Shown here: positions 28,140 through 40,172 of the stretch, one piece after another
Numbering within the stretch: the first letter of the stretch is position 1
Layout: every line of letters begins with the position of its first letter
Program-made: the position numbers and the translations under genes
Source: Lingula anatina
Lineage: Eukaryota > Animalia > Brachiopoda
Reading direction: 5' to 3'
NCBI GenBank assembly: GCA_051362555.1
Contig: CM120641.1
Location: forward strand, 12,772,001-12,836,000
Length of the DNA: 64,000 nucleotides
Notes under the pieces: generated by a model
Databases searched by the model: none
Told to the model about the DNA's origin: nothing
What the model saw: only the letters and a program-made list of their open reading frames with translations

Positions 28140-31100
28140 GTAGAATTTTAGTAGACTTTTGTCTTGTGGTCACTGATTGCAGATATCTTCAGCATCAACT
28201 TGTTTTGCTATTTGCTTCAATGTAGCAGTAGTAAATTTATTTTATTCCACTTTTGATATTGTTTATCCTATCTTTAAGTTTTTAATACAATTATAATGAA
28301 GTTTGTTGTTTTTTCTCTGTGTGTGTGGAATGCTCAACTTGATTCACCCTTCAGATTATGATAAATCCAGAAGATGGTCCCTTCCCTATGCCCTTTCACC
28401 TTGGTTCACTGAAGAACCTTCACCAGCACCACCGGCACCATCCCGGAGCCACACTAGAGCCAGGAGTCCTTCACCTTCCTCTTTGCCGTCTGCTCTTATT
28501 GGACTGTCGTCTGCTCTCATTGGGTCATCACCCAGAGCAACGTCAGTGCCACCTGAAACTCTTTATTCTTTTGACACTTCTGATATTAATGACTATGGTG
28601 GTAAGGGTTTGTGTTTTGTCTTCTTTTTACTCTCTTCTGTCTTTACTGTCCTGTGTTTGAGAAATCACTTGGGCTTTGAATGTGTTTTGAAGTTGATTAT
28701 AGAATTTAATGGAAATACAGTACATGTATGTGTTTGACTCTAAGAAAATACAGAAATTAAACTGATGCATTTAACTGGAATTAGAAAAAAAAAACAAAAA
28801 AAACAAGCGGCTATTGGAACTTGATGTGCAATCATTCCATATTACTGAACAGAACATTGCGACCAAATTAAAAAGATGTAAAGAAAAAGGTGACAATGTT
28901 TATACTTGTGATTGCATATGAAAGAATTGCATGGGCTGCCCTCTGTCTGAAGTGTTATTGTGGTGCTGTGTCTTGTGTCATGCTCTTTGTGTTTATGATC
29001 TGACAAGAAGGACTGGATATTTTTTTAACATGAATAAATAATTGTATTAAGTATAAGTGTTCTAAGATTGTAGTAGCTGTTGTTTTATTGACCTGAATGA
29101 ATTATTGTTAAAAAGAATTAATGATAAACAATAAGATGTGGAAGGCGATCTAATTCATTTTGGCCAGAAACATTTTCAGAATGAAGAGAATTATTTTCTA
29201 ACATAGAAACACCACATCATTCCAGCTCCACCAGAGTTCCTGCCTCACAAGCCCACCATCTGTGATTACCATGGTGATTCTTTCAAACTGTCATGGTCAC
29301 CAGCGCAGACGTCAGATAAGGGTATCCCATCAGCCATTACTTACATTGTGGAGTGTCGGGAGCCACATCACACTGACTGGAGACAGCTTGCCACCAATCT
29401 AACTGATTTCTGTTATACTGTGAGAGGACTGGATAAGAACAAGGACTACATACTGCGTGTGAGGCCGGAGAATGAGTTTGGAATTGGCGAACCAACCTTG
29501 CCAGTATCCACATACTTGTTCAGAAAACCAGGTAAGAATTTTACTGCTTGAAAGGAAAGAGAAGAAAAACTCTTCTTGATATTTGTGTAGGACATATTCC
29601 CAACTTTATCAGTTATTTTTACGGTTGGTAGCCATGTTTGTTGCTGGACCATTCTTGGGTATATGTTTTACCTGTTCTCATGGATACCTGTGTGAGCATC
29701 ATGCTCTGAAATTTTAAGGGTGATCACAGACAGAAATGCAGCATTCCTGAGAACTGACAACAAATTGTTGGATATAGATGAATTCTTTCCTCGCACAGAA
29801 CATTCTCTTAGAGTATATACCAATGTTTAGCTGTCAGGTTACCTTTCCATGCTATTTCCTATGCACAAATAACTATACTCTGTACATCTAATTCATCTTC
29901 TTTTGTAATAATATTGCACATCTTACCCTTCCTCTACTTTCCCTTGCACAGATAAGGAAGACTATGGACTATATTACAAACCAAGAAAGGGTAAGTGGCA
30001 TAGAGGATGAAATATAATATGTTTTAGGTGTAGAAATGTAGTAGACTCAGAGGCTTTATTATGTTTTACCCATGCAGTCTATATGACAGACATATTTATC
30101 CATAAAATTTGGATAAACCATTTCTTTGATTTCAGATTGCTCAGAAATATTGGCTGCGATGCTCCTAATGTATAGAGAATCTTGCACATTTGACTCTGTT
30201 TAGCAGTGATCATAACAAATGTAACTAATCCCCTTCAATACAAATATAGCCAATTGCTTTATATATAGTTTCCATCATAACAACATGCTTAGGACTAAGA
30301 TTATTTGATTTCTATACAACAGACATGCGTACTTAACACAGCTGTCTAATGCTAGCTAGCTAGATGCATGCCTGTCTCTTCCTGTCCTTTTAGCCCCAGT
30401 CTTTTTCATCGACAAACCACGAGTCTCCAGATACGACGGCAGGCGAGCAGAGCTCAGCTGGTCACCTCCTAGCACGCTACCCATCTATAGACCCCCAAAG
30501 CGCTACTCTTACGTCGTTGAGTTTGCTGATCCTTCTCTCAATGACTGGAAACCCCTTACAAGGGGTCTGCATGATAATAGATATGTCATAAGGGAGCTGA
30601 GGCCCGATAAGGAATATTTGTATAGAATAATAGCAGAAACTGAACGTGGTGTCAGTGAACCCACATCTCCTGTTGCGATCAAGGGAGCTGCAAGACGAGG
30701 TAAGTTTGACACTGCCTGTTGATTTCAAGTGTCATTGTTGAAGATGGGAAAATATTCTTGAAAATATTTTTTTAAAATCAACTTAAAGAGAATGTTCAGG
30801 GTTTGTAATTGCGTTATGTTTATTTATGTCTAAATGCCTAAAGGTATGTTGCATCTCTTTTAAGTACTGAAATAACTGATCATAATAACATGTATTTAAT
30901 GAAAAATAAAAATGCAAAGAATGCATGTAACCATATACTTGGCTTGGTTAAGGAAAAAGAACTGTTAAAACATGCAATAGGGTGTGTTTTTTTTATCCAG
31001 CAGAGTGATGGTTGACAGGCAAATTTGTATAATAATTTTTTGTCCCAAAATTGTATATGCTGTCCTCTTTGTGTTCAAACCTAAAAACTATGTTCATTGC

Positions 31101-34100
31101 TCCAAATTATGAATCATGTGCAACTATTAGCAAAGTGTATTTTCATATTAAACACTTATTTTTGTATTGATCTACAGTAAATCTGTATGATATATACTAA
31201 GCTTGTCTAACATGAATAAGTAGTTTAGACATAGGGAATAGTGCTGTAGTATCTTATATTTCTATCTGTAATTAGTTGAATGAATACTAAATCTAACAAC
31301 TGATTCCAATTATGCATTGAATCAACATATCTTTATTATTGGTAAAGGAATTTTTACAATTCATTGGTGCTAATTTTGCATTGATTCAGCATTTCCATAA
31401 TATTTTTTGTACAGAAATATTTATTTTCATTCTGTTATCCATTGATTAATAAACCAAAACTAAACATAGCTTTATAAATTGAACTTATACTGTATAAATT
31501 AATAGATCTTTATTTGAAGTGTACAGTGAAATGTGTTATTTGCACTTTTTGAAAGTGTAAAATGAGTACATTTAGCAGTGACCAGAACAATATAAACAAA
31601 CTTTAACTTTAAAGCCACAGAAATGTGTTTTAACTCTCTGTTTCTTCTGTCCACATTCCCACTGGTTCTCCCATTCCTTACAGCTTCTCTCCCTGCTCAC
31701 ATGAGGGATGAGTACTCTCCAAGAAGCAGATCCTACTCTCCAACCACTGCTGGCAGATCCCCTCTGACTAAAATAACAGGTAGAAAGCTATAATATTCAG
31801 CTTTAGATGGGTAGCTCAATATTGAAATATAGGCTCTTAATATTGGACAGACTCATGCATTTAAAAGACTAATTTTTATCAATTTTCAGATAATCTTGAA
31901 CAGTGCCAAGAAGTTTGTTTCATTTTTTTGCTCAGAAGTTTGCACTATCAGTTTTATAGCTATTAAATTTGCAATATTTATAACTGAGAGAGGTGAATAG
32001 CCTGCTATATGATGGAGAGAGAAGGAGAGAGAGAGAGAAAGAAACATGTACAAAGTAACAATTTGAAAGAACTTCTTTTGGTGTGCTGTTATTATTCTTA
32101 TTTATATTCATTTTAGAGAGAGATCTTCCCCCACTCCCTCGTTCTCACTCACTGGATGCAAGACCCACTCAGACCTCTACTGAGAGACCTTATGCACCAT
32201 CAGGAAGATCCTACTCTAGCACTGAGAGATCTTACTCCCCTGTTGGCAGATCCTATACTCCTGTTGATAGATCCTACTCACCAGCTAGTCGATCTTACTC
32301 TCCAACTGGGAGATCTTACTCTCCAACTGGGAGATCTTACTCTCCAATCAGAAGTACCTATTCGCCAGCTGTCCGCTCCTACTCTCCCACCAATAGAACT
32401 AAAGGTTAGATGGGTTTGCTGTCAAATCTGTGATATTTTCATTTCTTTCACACCTACCACACTTAATTGTTACATTTAACACATTTTACTGAAATGCCAT
32501 GTGTACCACACTTCACTTTCACTGCAACTTTTGATTGTCACATCTACCGCAGTTTACTTTTACATTGTCATTTATACCACAGTTTACTGCCATGCTTAAT
32601 TCATCTTATCTATCATTTTTTCCAGTCTATGTTGCACTATTGACCATAATGATGATCATATTTTCTATGTTAAACTTTTCTGTGCTTTAACTCACTATTG
32701 TTTTACAGACTATGAAAGATCCTATACCCCATCCCCATTGGCTTCTGGCAGAAGAGGTAATTTCATCTGCTTGTTTCATGTGGAGCAGTTACATTTGCTT
32801 CTGACAGACTTGTATATGTACACTTAATTGTTGTGTTCTCTATACATTTTATCTTTTAGATTGTTAAGAAAGTGTAAATATAATATAGAGTGCTTGACTT
32901 GTTCTAGGGATATGTCATGGTATTTGACAAAAATGTCATATTTTATATATTCTGACGTCTTGGTACATTTTCATGTATTAGGTTCCATTAGGTTTTAGAT
33001 AATTTTTAACGTTCAAGTTTTAGTCATAGAATTTAATGCTCTCATGCTTTTTTTTTTTTGTAAAATTTATCACCGACTTATGGCACATACATGTGTTAAA
33101 ACAATGCAACTTTTCTGGATTTATTTAATTCCTTACTTTAGAGAGCACATCTCTGTCACCCACCACCTGCACATGCTCTGTTCTTTTCTATTATAGCAAG
33201 TTTACCTTCCGTTTCTCCATTGCCAACTATCAAGAAAACAGACAAATGTAAGATTACTGCACTTTCAGAAAAAATACATTGCTTAAGAATATGGTTTATG
33301 TATTTCTCGGCACTCATTATTTTATTTAATTTTTCATTACATATTTATTTTTGTACATTACGTTTAATTATTTTTTGACCTGTCATTTTGGAGCCATACA
33401 TCATTAATTCTAATGATGCATTCAGTTGCATTTTGATAAAGAAATAATTTTTGTTTTATTTATTTATTTATTTATTTATTGTCTTTGAATCAAATAAACT
33501 CTAGGAATTTTCACATCTTTTCCAAATGATGTATGACTGACATGTGTCATTTATTCCCCTTTCAGACTCCACCCACCACTACACCCCTCCCACCAAACCT
33601 CCCCTTACCACAGACAGACCATTCTCAGGTAATGTATCTGTTTGTTTGTTTTTTCAGTGAAACACTCACTTTTTGTTTAAGCATTTTCAGTAACACAATG
33701 AGCAAAGTTTGAGTCTTAACAGGAATTTTGATTCAGATATGTTATACATCAGGAACATTGGCTGTGAAATATGTTGATGTTATACTTTGTTTTCTTTTAT
33801 TCTGTCACTCAGAGATAACACTGACACATTGTACCCTGCTTTCAAACACAAAATTATTAATAAATTCAGATGACTAAAATTTTGGTTCAGCAGTGTTAGG
33901 AGGTATAAACTTGCATGTAGAAGCTTCAAAACTCTAAATGTCAAAGAACATGTTTATAATTCTCACTGCTTTTTGACTGATGAGATGAGTATCACTGTAT
34001 GTGCTGTTCATTGCTGCTATGTTAAAAAGGCTTCCATGTAATTTATACATGTATAATTCATGTTGAAACTAGCTGGTTTCAAACTTTATAATGCTCTTGC

Positions 34101-36726
34101 AATCTCGCTATATTTTTAGCTAGTAATATTCCCACTCCCTCTGTTGTAGCTGTTGTTGTATAATATGTTAATGTATAATATTTCAAGCTGCTTTCTCAGC
34201 ACCTGTAAATTTAAAATGTCTATATGTTCATTCCCTGCAGTTTAAGCACTTATAGCAGTTCTACTACATGTAGCTTGCTGTTTTTGATCTATACTTCACA
34301 CTTATATGAGTTTAGCTCTGTTATCACAGTGGATTTCATCTCACTATATATATATTTATATGTTCTGCATCTTCCTATTTTGTCACCCCATTGCAGCTAA
34401 AACCTGGTTACTGCTAGATAAATACACTAAACCCTTGCCGCCTAGCTCTACACGGTCCAGAGGTAAAGTTATTCACTTTTGTAGTGTTATATGCACTGCA
34501 TGGGCTGTAGAATGACAGGCAGTAATGAAGATGAAGATTTTAAGGACATCCATATAACTTTGAGAAATAAAAATTTAATTTACATTTAGTTCTTAAGTCA
34601 TCTCTGAATAACTCTTCAGATGACCTTAAGTTGCAAAAATCATCTTTGTTAAGACCAATTAATTTTTAAAATGTGATTTAGTAACATATGTCTAAACAAG
34701 TTTTGATTTTTGATTCATACTAATAAGTACCTGTTGCAAAATAATATATGAAAAAAACATTATTTCTTCTTTCATGTCTGTCAATTTATTGATCCCATGA
34801 CTTTATTTATTGCTTACAGACTACTTAGTTTCATCATTGTTTATCTTTGTCTGTATGCTCTGTTATTATTGTCTTTTTTAAATCTACTTGTCTGTTTTAT
34901 ATTCTTTCCTTCTCATATTTTCTTTTAATCTCATATCAGTTGACCTTTTTTATCATATTTTTCATGTTATTATATAGAATTGCAAATTTTGAGGCTTTCC
35001 ATTCTTATTCACATAGTGGAAATGCTGTTCAAAAATTAATGCAACTAAAACCACCAAGTTTTTTAAACTAGTTGGAGGATGGATTCTGTAGATGATAAAA
35101 CAATTATATAGGTCAACAGCTGAAAGTCCCAGATTATCTTGGACTGCTATATTTAAAATATACCATTTTTTTACTCATCTTATTCTATACATTTTAGTCA
35201 GTTACATGTACTTCAGGTTGGAGAGTAGTATTGCACTGTTATAGATATCTATTTGAAATCAGATGATGTCAGGTGAAACTCAGTTTTCATTTCATGTAAA
35301 ATATATGACGTAAAAGGATATCTTGCCCTCTGTACCCCCTTGCCACCTTAGCTAGTCTGTTCACTTTATCATGTTCTCCTTACCTTCCCTCTTTCAGAAT
35401 ACACACCAAGTTCTTCAAGGCATAGAAGGAGAGGTACATGAAGTGGTTTTTATATTTTTCTTCTCATAATGAGATTAGAAAATATAATAATGGTGATAAT
35501 TTTACAAGCCAAAATAAGAAAAGACTTATTGCACCCAGTTTATTTTGAGTTATTGAATAGTACCATTAAGTTATTTTTTTTTCGTTAATTTCCATCCGAT
35601 TCTGTAATCATTTAATTAGAGGTAAGGAATAGACACAACCCTGAGAATTTCCATATTTTTACACTTTTTAGTTCCACCACCATTAATTTTTTATTTAGAT
35701 ATTTTTAAACCAGCCCTATTAATACTAGCATTATGCTACACACTGTTCACCTCGTAGTGGTCTTCACACCAACATTCTATATTTTTCTGTAGCCTCGGAA
35801 CCTGCTGTCCGTCACCCTGTCTCCACTACCACCACTTACATCAGAGGTAAAAAGTTTTCAACTCTTGCATGCATCACTTCTATTCTGTTGTCTTAGACTA
35901 CTTGTATTTGAACCTCACTGTTCTTTATAACATGGCTTGTGAGAAAAGGGGAACATTTAAGTACTAGACCAGTACTGTTAGAGGGATAATTTACTTGCAT
36001 TTTTGGTGCTTATTATTATTGTTATTTATTTATTTATTCATTTATTTTAGACTTCATTTTGACCTTTTAACCAATATACAGCAAATATCTTGTAATGAGG
36101 CGTGTAATGTTCTTTCTGAATATAGCAGTTTTTCTATCCCATCCCTTATCTTCATCATCTTTTAGATTATTCTCCCTCTACCTATACCCCCCACACAGGA
36201 CCCTCCACATTTAGGGTGAAGAAATATACTGGTGAGTTTTATATCTTTTTCTTCAACATATCTTCATAAACTGGAGTATGTTTTTCTCTTTAGAAAGCAG
36301 ATTTATTAATGTTTTATTCTTTATAGAAACCTTTGGCACTGTTTATTTCCGTCTTTTCTTATCAAACCATTTGATTAATAGCACATGCACTACTAGTTAC
36401 CCTACTTCACTGTTTCAGACTTCTCTCCCACCCCTCCTCCATCCTCCAGAAAAACCAAGTCCAGGTCCAGAGGTAATGTATTCCTCTTTCAGTTGTGTCA
36501 GCACTGTTTTACCTAACACACTGAACACAATTGTTGTAACATATTGCTGTCTCAACTAACACAATCAGAACAATTTAGAAAACCATATTTTGAAATGCTA
36601 TTTGAATAATCACCAAGCACATGGTTGATTGCATACAGGTGGTTGAAAAATATAGATGCTACTTTATGTTATATGAATGAATGTTTTTCTGTGCCATCTA
36701 AGGCTTTGGCAGATGGGTTCATTTTT

Positions 36727-36790
<64 letters not shown>

Positions 36791-37723
36791 AATTTTCAGT
36801 TTTCAGGCACCATTATTGTACAGCTTATCAATTTAGACATTTTCTGACCCTAAGTCTACCTTTTCATTCTGTACACTGAATGTCATCTGTGACAGTGTAA
36901 TTTCAGGGGGAAAATGAATATTTTGATTTGTTCATTTGCAAGATAAATGCCAGAGATTTATTTTGAAAATACAGAATTACTGAAACATTGTTACCCAGCT
37001 TAAAAACTGTATAAGGAAATGGTATAACATTATTTGAATATTAACATTTAATTTTATCTTTTTCTCTTATAGATTACACACCAACTGAAGTTGGGGATGC
37101 CTCCATTAAACCAAGAAAGCAAAGAGGTAAGATAATGGTTTATAAATGTCAAAGTCTTTGTTTATTTCCTTAATTTTTTTTCAAAATTTGTCATGTCATT
37201 TATACTCCTAAAAATTGTAAGACATGACCGCAACTTTGGTTTTCAGAAAATATATTTGAATGTTACTTCAGGTATTACTAAGAAATGATTGCTGAAGGAA
37301 TATATTAATACATTAAATAAATAACTTTTTATGTGATAATTTTGTAAAAAAAAAAAAAAAAAGACTTGCCAAACTTCTGTTCGAATATTCATAATCAAGA
37401 AGAAAGCATTTTTACTGAATTTTCATTGTTTATTTTTAACTATTTTTCATTTTCTTGTTTTTCAGAGAGATCACTGGATTCACCCCGGAGGTCTCAAACA
37501 CCCCAAACTGTGGAGAAACGTAAGGAAAAGCACACTTTTCAAATGATGTTTACAATTTAAAAACAGTCTGGCTTCACTGTGTTTCTTTCTATGGAGATAG
37601 TTGCAGGACTTAGTTCATTTTGTATAAAATTTTACATCACTGACATAACATACCAAGCTTATCATAAATTTAAACAGGATTTTTCCAGCTAACACAAATT
37701 TGCATAGAAGCACACACTAATAA

Positions 37724-37771
<48 letters not shown>

Positions 37772-40118
37772 TGTATAATGGAAATCAATTTGAAACAATT
37801 TCTGTCTCTACCAGCCTGTATCCCCTATTTCACTGTGGACAACCCTACTCAGTATGCTGCAGAGACCAAAGCAGCTAAGATTATAGTGTACGTCCATGCC
37901 TACCCACCACCTAAGATCAGGTGGTACAAGGGCGAGGAGAAGCTCCCTCTTGGGGAACGATTCAACTCCTACTTGGCTCCAAATGGACTTTGTACCCTGG
38001 AGTTTAATAGGATGACCCCCAAGGATGTGGGAGACTATAAGATCTGGGCTCAGAATGACCTTGGTCAAGACTGCACGACCATTAGGTTGGAACTGGCAGG
38101 TAAGTTATGCTGGTACATTGGTTTTAATATGATAGTTTTAAAATGAAAAGTCTGTGTGCTACCTGTGGTTGTGTAAGTTAGTTTTAACATGACAGTACAG
38201 TTATTGTTAGGGACTTTGTGTGAGAGCTATAGTTTGAACATGATATGTAGACATTAAGACCCCATTTCCATAGATTTTAGATCGATCTATCCCTGTGGGG
38301 AGTCTCACTAGAATACTGTCAGCTTAGCCGGCTTAAGCGTCTGTCCCGCCTACTAAAAGCTATAAGGGGGTAATTAACTATGGTGCACACTTGGCTGACT
38401 GCAATTTAGCGTGAACCCCCAGGGAGTTAGGTCGATCTAAATCTTAATCTCTGGATCGATCTAAATCTCTGGGAATACACCCTTAGTAGATTTAATCATA
38501 TCTGCATGTACCAGTACTAGTACATAGTATATATCATGACAGACCTAAGTTTATGCACTGAATCAGTCAGAGAGTAGGAGTGTATCTTTATCATTGACAA
38601 ATTGTTATAAATGACCATGATACATTTTTAGTGTATGTTTGTACTGGGATACTTGTGAGTATGTGGAGAGGGGGGTGTTACCTTATAAGTGGTATTTTGC
38701 CAGTCACTCTTGTTACAAAACATACATTTTGATTAATTAAAGTCTAATATACATGTATATCTTTCAGATCCACCAACATTCTTAGAGCCAATTAAAGACA
38801 TTTTCATCCCAGTGCGTACGTCAGGACATCTGGAGTGCCGGGTCGACGGCATCCCGTATCCAGATGTAAAGTGGATGAAGGACTGGCGGGCACTGCCAGG
38901 ATCATACCGTGTCAGCATTCAGCAGGAGGGGCCAGACAAGTGGACGCTGAACATCAACAACGCCATAGACAAAGATGGCGGCCTGTACACTTGCGTGGCA
39001 GAGAACCTGGCAGGGAAAGTGTTCTGCTCTGCTAATGTGCATGTGGAAGGTAAGGAATATCTTGTCCAGTTTTGAAAAATGTCTGTTAAATACAAACATC
39101 TGACAATGTATAGGAAATATCAACTAATTCTTTTGGGATGGCACAGCATTAACTACTGTACCTTCATATACTGGTACTCATTTATGTATTTCTGTTTGTA
39201 GAAATGCTTTATTCAGATATTTTACATAAATTATTCATCAGTTATCATGTTATCATGGTATTTTTATTGTAATAAAAAGGGTTATTTATTTAAAATTCAA
39301 AATAGCATTTTGATCTGTTGATTGCTGTTCTTTTACTTTCAAGACCTGCCCGAACCTGTGGAAATTGAATTTAAACCTTTGTATCTTGAGGACCACTATC
39401 ATATTCTGGAAGAGCTGGGAAGGTAGATATTGACATTTGCTTTGAATTGGCTTTGAGACCCCAATAAAGAACTTTCTTGAGCCTTGTAGAATGCAAAGCC
39501 TTATGGCATATTACAAATGTACTAATACTTGGTTATCATAGATATTTTGAGTATTGCCAACTTCTCTGTGTATTTGCAATTGTGATAAGATATTTTTGTT
39601 AGCAGTTTTATGAAGCTTTTCTTTTGTTATATTGCTTATGAGCTCAGTTCATCTTGCAAATTAACTGATTTTGTAATTAACAATGTACTGTTCCATCTTA
39701 AATCCTAAAAGAAATGTGGTAATTACTCACAAACTTCAAGCACTATATGTATATTTTGATTTTGAATAAATGTTGCTCATTTTCAGTGTTTGTTGCAAGC
39801 AAAGGATATTAAAGTAAATCTTGCATGTAATTAAATCTTTCAGCAATGAATTGTATCATTTACTTCAGGGGCTCATGTGGTATTGTCAGAAGAGTAATAG
39901 AGCGGTGCACTGGTCACGAGTATGCTGCTAAATACCTCCAGGTGCGGGATGAAGATGACAAGCAGGACCTCCGCCCCATACTGGACACATGGAAGAAAGC
40001 AAATCACAGGCTTATAGCAAAACTGGTGGATGCCTACGAGACACCCAAGAGACTGGTTATGGTTTCTGACCTGTATCTTTTGACTTTGTTGTGAAAATGC
40101 AAATTGTTTGTTGAGGTT

Positions 40119-40172
<54 letters not shown>

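Noticed and set aside
29207-29225. Upstream acceptor for FN3 repeat 8
   Set aside because: Gives phase 0, incompatible with the phase-1 neighbours; 29226 was used
32203-32392. CRISPR-like or prokaryotic repeat array
   Set aside because: Coding 21-bp tandem repeats without spacers in a spliced eukaryotic gene
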